A DNA stretch of 51,213 bases from Faecalibacterium sp. Lineage in GTDB: Bacteria > Bacillota > Clostridia > Oscillospirales > Ruminococcaceae. Numbering within the stretch: the stretch's first letter is position 1; every line of letters begins with the position of its first letter. The DNA lies in the NCBI GenBank assembly GCA_020025795.1, contig JAHHRK010000001.1:1-51213 (forward strand), written 5' to 3'. The position numbers were made by a program, and so were the translations under genes. The notes under the pieces were generated by a model. It was not told where the DNA came from, searched no databases, and saw only the letters and a list, made by a program, of their open reading frames with translations. Positions 46,326 through 51,213 of this stretch are shown piece after piece.

Positions 46326-49300
46326 ATGCAGGAAAAACAGGGAGGAAATCCTTCTGACGATACCTGGTCCCAAAACATCTTTCATCGGGAAAATGGACCG
46401 GCAAATGGTGAAGAATTGCAGCGGGACGAAGCATTCCGCGAGTTCTTTACCAATACCGTTATCGAGGTGCCGGAGGATATGCGCCATGTAACGGCAGGCG
46501 TTTTACTGGAAGAGGAAGAAAAAGAAAAGCCCAAAAAGAGAGGCTTTTTCTCCTGGCTGCGCCGCCAACAGGAAGATGACGAAGACGAAGATGAAGATTG
46601 CTACGACGAAGAATCCGAGGATGATTCTGAAAATGAATCTGACGCTGAATCGGATTCCGCCGACGAAGACGACAATGTGGCTGACGAGGAAGATACTCTG
46701 GAAGTTCCCAGTCTGATGGAATTCGATCAGGAACAGCCGGAACCGGAAGAAGAACCCCAGCCGCAGCCCAAACCTGAACCGAAACCGCAGCCCAAGCAGG
46801 GAGCAAAGCCTGCAGAACAGCACAAGATCACAGCAGATGAGCTGATGCGCAAAACAGCGCAGCAAAAGGTGTCGGTCGATGAGCTGCTGAACCAGATCAA
46901 CCATTTGGAGACAGGTGAAGTTGAACCGAAACAGAAATCGGAACCGAAAACCTTGATGCCGGAAGTTCAGCCGGAAGCAAAGCCTCAAACAACACCGAAA
47001 CAGGAGGCAAAACAAGAGCCGATTCCTGAAGTGCAGCCGAAGCCAGTTGAAAAGCCGGTGGAACAAGCACCGCAGGAAGAAAGCCTGCCGGAAGTGCCCA
47101 AGACAGAGGAAAGTGCGGAAGACAAAAAACGTCTGGATGCAATCATGGCAGACATCTATACGCATGCAAGCGAGGAAAATGTACATTCTTCCATGCAGCT
47201 TGTTGCGGATGAAGCAGATGCCTGCACAGAACATACGGACGATAATACCGAAACAGTGGAAATTTCTCTGAATGTGCCTGTCGAACCGCAGCAGCCGGTG
47301 GTAGAGGAAATGCCGGATACAGGCGAGATTTTGTTGGGTGCTGAACCGGAAGAAGAGGAAGAAGTACCGGTGCGCAGCTGGACTCCGGCAACCGAAAAGG
47401 CTGAGGCCCAGCCGGAAGAAGCCGATACAGGTGAGATCAGCTTTACCAATCTGGAAGATGCTGCCGATGCAGCAGAGAATGCCGATCAGGTTGACGATGC
47501 CGATACGTTGGGAACCATTCCGTTCGACACGGAAGAATCTGCACCGGAAGAAGAACCGGTTGAAGTAGAAGAAAAGTGCGGCGGCTTCAAAGGAATGCTC
47601 CGTATGCTGGGTCTGGATGGTATTCGGGAAGAGCTGGAAGACGACACGGACGAAGAAGATCTGTACGAAGAACCAGAGGATGAAAGCGAAGAACAGGCAA
47701 CGGAAAAATTTGCTTTCAAATTCCCGTTTGGCAAAAAGGCCGATACGGAAAATGCAGAGACAGAACCGGCTGAGCTGCCCATCGAAGAGTATACCAATCC
47801 GGAGGATGCACCGCATGTGCAGGAGCTTTTGCAAAAGCGCTGTGCCCGCCTGACCTTGATGACGGCAATTTCCGGAATTTTGGCTGTGGCTTTGCTGGTG
47901 CTGGACATCCTGGGCCAGTTTGGCAGCGATATGCTGACAGGCGTAGATCCCGTTGCATCTCCTGCAACCTGGCTTTGCGTAAATCTGCTACTGCTTGTGG
48001 GCTGCGCGTTGCTGAACCTTCGCGGTTTGGCGGATGGCCTGAAGAGCCTGCTGCCCGGCTATAAGCCTACGGTAGACGGTCTGCCTGCACTGGCGGCCTG
48101 CGCAGCTGTATTGCAGCTGGTATTGGCACTGGTGTTCCAGAAGGAATTTGACCTGACCAAACAGGCTGTGTTTGCCGGTGTTGCCGCAGTGTTGATTTTC
48201 GCAAACCTGTTGGGTAAGCGCATGAAGGCCGCGGTAGATCGTGATGGTTTCGCAGTTATGACCTCGGGCGTAAACCACTCCACGTCTTACCGGCTGGAGG
48301 ACCGTGCACTGACACAGATGCTGTGCAACGGAATGGACGAAGACGATCCGGTCGTGATGCTGAGCCGTCCGGACGCCATGATGAAGGGCTTTGTGGCACA
48401 GAGCAGTGCACCGCACTACTGCGACCAACGGTCGGTTATGCTGATTCGTGTGCTGGGGGCTGCCGCTTTGGTCGCAGCACTGATCACGATGATTCGCGGC
48501 GGCAATGCAGTAACAGCTGGCTCCGTGCTGGCAGGTGTACTGTGCATGGGGGCGCCCATGGGTATGCTGTTGCTGTGCGGCTTGTCTACACTGCTGATGC
48601 AGAAGTCCGCCGGTCAGGTGGGTGCCGTGGTGCCCGGCTGGCCTTCGATTGAAAAGCTGGGCGAAGTGGATGTAATCCAGGTGGATGCATCGGAATTGTT
48701 CCCGCCGGTCTGCGCACATCTGGATGGCATCAAGACCTTCCAGAAGGAGCGAATCGACTCTGCAATTTTGTATGCAACCAGTGTTTTGATTGCAGGCTGT
48801 AATACATTGGAAGGCTTGTTCCGCGGTATGATCGAAAATCATACGGATATGCTGTATCCGGTTAAGGATTTGGAGTGTCGTACCGGTCGCGGTTATGTGG
48901 CCTGGTGTGATCATTGCCGCGTGGTACTGGGTACGCGCGAAATGATGCAGGAAGAAGGCATTCCTCTGCCGGCACTGGATTACGAAAAGCGCTATACCAA
49001 GGAAGGCAGTAGCCATGTGTTGTACCTGGCGGTTTCCGGTAAACTGTATGCGATGTTCCTGTTTGGCTACAACGGTACGAAACAGGTGGCACACACCCTG
49101 GGCATACTCCGCAGAGAAAATGTCCGGCTGCTGGTAACTGCACAGGACCCCACCCTGACCGAGAGCCGCATTGAAGAAATCTATCGCCTGCGCCCTGGTT
49201 TTGTAAAGGTGCTGAATGAGGAAGAAACTGAGCGCCTGCGCCCGGCGGTGGGCTACCTGCCGTATGAAGACGGATGCATGGTGCATCTGGGCGGATTTGT

Positions 49301-49517
49301 CAGCATGGTTGGTGGCCTGCGTGCCGCAGCCGGTGCGGAAGATGCACAGCGCAGCGGATGCACAGTGCAGACGGTGTCCGCAATCGTGTCTATTGTGATT
49401 GGCCTGTTGTTGAGCGTGACTGGTGGCATGGCTTCGATCAGTTTGCCGGCGGTTCTGCTGTATCAGCTGGCGTGGGCTGTTTTGGGCATTGCTCTTGCCG
49501 CAACCAAGAAATATTAA
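46326..49517 (+). CDS. Large membrane protein: acidic disordered N-half + degenerate P1B-ATPase-like C-half
   Basis: Long ORF with SD; P1B-like segments IEKLGEVDVIQVD, GRG...VVLG.REMM, LYLAVSG; no DKTGT, TGE or GDGxND. Confidence 0.7.
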   Translation: MQEKQGGNPSDDTWSQNIFHRENGPANGEELQRDEAFREFFTNTVIEVPEDMRHVTAGVLLEEEEKEKPKKRGFFSWLRRQQEDDEDEDEDCYDEESEDDSENESDAESDSADEDDNVADEEDTLEVPSLMEFDQEQPEPEEEPQPQPKPEPKPQPKQGAKPAEQHKITADELMRKTAQQKVSVDELLNQINHLETGEVEPKQKSEPKTLMPEVQPEAKPQTTPKQEAKQEPIPEVQPKPVEKPVEQAPQEESLPEVPKTEESAEDKKRLDAIMADIYTHASEENVHSSMQLVADEADACTEHTDDNTETVEISLNVPVEPQQPVVEEMPDTGEILLGAEPEEEEEVPVRSWTPATEKAEAQPEEADTGEISFTNLEDAADAAENADQVDDADTLGTIPFDTEESAPEEEPVEVEEKCGGFKGMLRMLGLDGIREELEDDTDEEDLYEEPEDESEEQATEKFAFKFPFGKKADTENAETEPAELPIEEYTNPEDAPHVQELLQKRCARLTLMTAISGILAVALLVLDILGQFGSDMLTGVDPVASPATWLCVNLLLLVGCALLNLRGLADGLKSLLPGYKPTVDGLPALAACAAVLQLVLALVFQKEFDLTKQAVFAGVAAVLIFANLLGKRMKAAVDRDGFAVMTSGVNHSTSYRLEDRALTQMLCNGMDEDDPVVMLSRPDAMMKGFVAQSSAPHYCDQRSVMLIRVLGAAALVAALITMIRGGNAVTAGSVLAGVLCMGAPMGMLLLCGLSTLLMQKSAGQVGAVVPGWPSIEKLGEVDVIQVDASELFPPVCAHLDGIKTFQKERIDSAILYATSVLIAGCNTLEGLFRGMIENHTDMLYPVKDLECRTGRGYVAWCDHCRVVLGTREMMQEEGIPLPALDYEKRYTKEGSSHVLYLAVSGKLYAMFLFGYNGTKQVAHTLGILRRENVRLLVTAQDPTLTESRIEEIYRLRPGFVKVLNEEETERLRPAVGYLPYEDGCMVHLGGFVSMVGGLRAAAGAEDAQRSGCTVQTVSAIVSIVIGLLLSVTGGMASISLPAVLLYQLAWAVLGIALAATKKY

Positions 49518-49568
49518 GGCGGATTCCTCCAAATCAATACCAATTTGCAAGCTTTTTGCAAATTGGTA

Positions 49569-49597
49569 TTGAAAAAAAGTCCCGAATAGGATATAAT
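49569..49597 (+). promoter_or_regulatory. Promoter of putative metal transporter; -35 overlaps a 17-bp inverted repeat
   Basis: TTGAAA-N17-TATAAT; IR at 49534-49572. Confidence 0.7.
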
Positions 49598-49695
49598 ATC
49601 GCAGCAATACAATGTTTTTGTACTGTTGCGAAATTGCAGCCTGTTGCAGTTTTTGTAACAGGCTGTTTTATTTTTGGGAAAAGAGGGGATAAGCC

Positions 49696-50604
49696 TTGTT
49701 TGAAGAACTGTTTCATCACTTTATGCCGCACATGCTGGCGCACGTACTGGATCATGCGCTGACAGACGCAATCCAAACCCTGCCACTTTTGTATCTGGCG
49801 TGCCTGCTCATCGAGTATATCGAGAGCCGCCACGGAGATTCCATCGAGCGTGCATTGGCACGTAGCGGTCGCTGGGGCTTTATCCCGGCATCTGTGCTGG
49901 GTTGTGTGCCGCAGTGTGGATTTTCGGCCGTTGCCGCCAATCTGTATTCCTCCAAGGTCATTACACTGGGCACGCTGATGGCGGTGTTCCTTTCCACCAG
50001 TGACGAGGCAATTCCGCTGCTGGCTTCCATGCCTGGTCAGTGGCATATGCTGGTGATCCTGCTGGGCATCAAGGTGGTATATGCACTGGGCGTTGGTTTC
50101 TTACTGGACGGCGTTTTGCGCCGTATGATGCCTGTTGGTCTGCGCGGCGGCTACACCGGTCATGCCGATGAGGTGGACTGCCACGGCGAGCACGAAGGCG
50201 CGGAGCGTGTCAGCATTTGGCGTGCTGCACTGCGTCATACGCTGGAGCTGTCCTTTTTCATTATTCTGTTCAGTATCCTGTTTGGCCTGATCGTAGAGTT
50301 GGTGGGCTATGAAACCTTCTCCGGTGCCCTGCGCAATCTGGGTGTCATTCAGCCGATGGTGGCTGCGCTGGTGGGTTTGATTCCGAACTGCGCCGCCAGT
50401 GTGCTGCTGACCCAAATGTATGTGTCCGGTGCAATTCGCTTTTCCAGCCTGGTAGCTGGTTTGGCTACCGGTGCAGGCATTGGTCTGGCCGTGCTGTGGC
50501 GCACGAACCGCAGCTGGAAACAGAATCTGTTTATCACAGGATTACTGTGGGCAGCAGGCTCTTTCGTGGGCATCTTTATCCAGGTTGTTATGCTGTTTGT
50601 ATAA
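49696..50604 (+). CDS. Putative manganese/metal permease (DUF2899-like)
   Basis: Internally duplicated motifs LGCVPQCG / VGLIPNCA, LSTSDEA, His-containing loop; start uncertain (TTG). Confidence 0.75.
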   Translation: MFEELFHHFMPHMLAHVLDHALTDAIQTLPLLYLACLLIEYIESRHGDSIERALARSGRWGFIPASVLGCVPQCGFSAVAANLYSSKVITLGTLMAVFLSTSDEAIPLLASMPGQWHMLVILLGIKVVYALGVGFLLDGVLRRMMPVGLRGGYTGHADEVDCHGEHEGAERVSIWRAALRHTLELSFFIILFSILFGLIVELVGYETFSGALRNLGVIQPMVAALVGLIPNCAASVLLTQMYVSGAIRFSSLVAGLATGAGIGLAVLWRTNRSWKQNLFITGLLWAAGSFVGIFIQVVMLFV

Positions 50605-50632
50605 GTATTGTGAGTGAATTGTAAAATCCTGC

Positions 50633-50679
50633 AAAAAGCGATTTGCGCGTCGGAAAGATCGCGCAAATCGCTTTTTTTG
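50633..50679 (+). terminator. Terminator after the permease
   Basis: AAAAAGCGATTTGCGCG...CGCGCAAATCGCTTTTT. Confidence 0.85.
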
Positions 50680-50720
50680 TGATATACTGTATGGTATGTA
50701 AGAAAAGTAAGGAGATCGCC

Positions 50721-51213
50721 ATGGAGAACCAATATACTTTGTATGCCAGCGATTTTGATAACACGCTGGTTCCCCTGGGGGAAAGCTGCCCACGAAAAGC
50801 GGTAGAACAAGCCGTTCAAAACCTGAAAGCGCAGGGCGCAAAATTTGTAATTTGCACAGGCCGTTCACAAAGTTCGCTTTGCGGTTCCAAAAAGTTGCTG
50901 GGCAAGCTGAAATTTGACTATGCCGTCTGCAACAACGGTGCGCACGTTGTGGATGCTAAAGGCCAGACCATCAGTAAGATCACGCTCACCAATGAAGAAA
51001 TGTATGTCCTGGTGGATTTTTGCGAAGATTACGACTATCCGCTGCAGTTCGCTTTCTCGGATGGTTATTACAGCTACGTTGGGTATGACCAGATCAAGGA
51101 TGCTTTTGCAAAATTGAATGAGGCCGGTACGAATCTGAACGTGCTGGACGGCGAGGACCAGGATCGTCATCTGGACGAGATGCCGGTATCCGCCTTTGTA
51201 ATGTTCCCGCCGG
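50721..51213 (+). CDS. Cof-type HAD hydrolase, 5' part (runs off window)
   Basis: Manual translation MENQYTLYASDFDNTL...VICTGRS...VCNNGA; SD AAGGAG. Confidence 0.88.
   Translation, partial: MENQYTLYASDFDNTLVPLGESCPRKAVEQAVQNLKAQGAKFVICTGRSQSSLCGSKKLLGKLKFDYAVCNNGAHVVDAKGQTISKITLTNEEMYVLVDFCEDYDYPLQFAFSDGYYSYVGYDQIKDAFAKLNEAGTNLNVLDGEDQDRHLDEMPVSAFVMFPP

Noticed and set aside
1..51213. CRISPR, tRNA/rRNA, transposase, integrase, phage or defence genes
   Set aside because: None recognised by eye or in the ORF track

Overview
Core chromosomal segment of a Clostridia-class bacterium, most likely Oscillospiraceae/Ruminococcaceae (inferred from protein signatures, not a database search). 1-12.9 kb is the S10-spc-alpha ribosomal protein supercluster (3' end of rplB to rplQ, with secY, adk, map, infA, rpoA). 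It is followed by a SAM-I riboswitch with metK, prs, a tatB-like/tatA/tatC operon, a ROK kinase, and a minus-strand operon encoding a TatA-like/beta-propeller fusion, YwlG-like, YggS and an ABC exporter. Next come DJ-1, YerC/TrpR-like, GNAT, pentapeptide-repeat, GT2, lipoprotein and Lrp genes, a GT-C membrane glycosyltransferase, ElbB-like, hflX, two tandem DUF3048-like lipoproteins (one Tat-type, one Sec-type), XRE, abrB, trpS, gltX, spoIIE-like, fba, rlmB, a giant acidic pseudo-P1B-ATPase, a putative metal transporter and a partial HAD gene. No rRNA, tRNA, CRISPR array, IS or prophage was seen. Best leads: (1) an extended Tat system with a TatA-family module fused to a beta-propeller; (2) a candidate ~80-nt C/U-rich sRNA divergent from lrp; (3) a catalytically degenerate P1B-type ATPase with a ~500-aa acidic N-terminus; (4) a DnaA-box-like cluster with no dnaA nearby; (5) structured leaders upstream of infA (three-way junction) and rpsM (pseudoknot). 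All structures and motifs were read by eye; nothing was computed.
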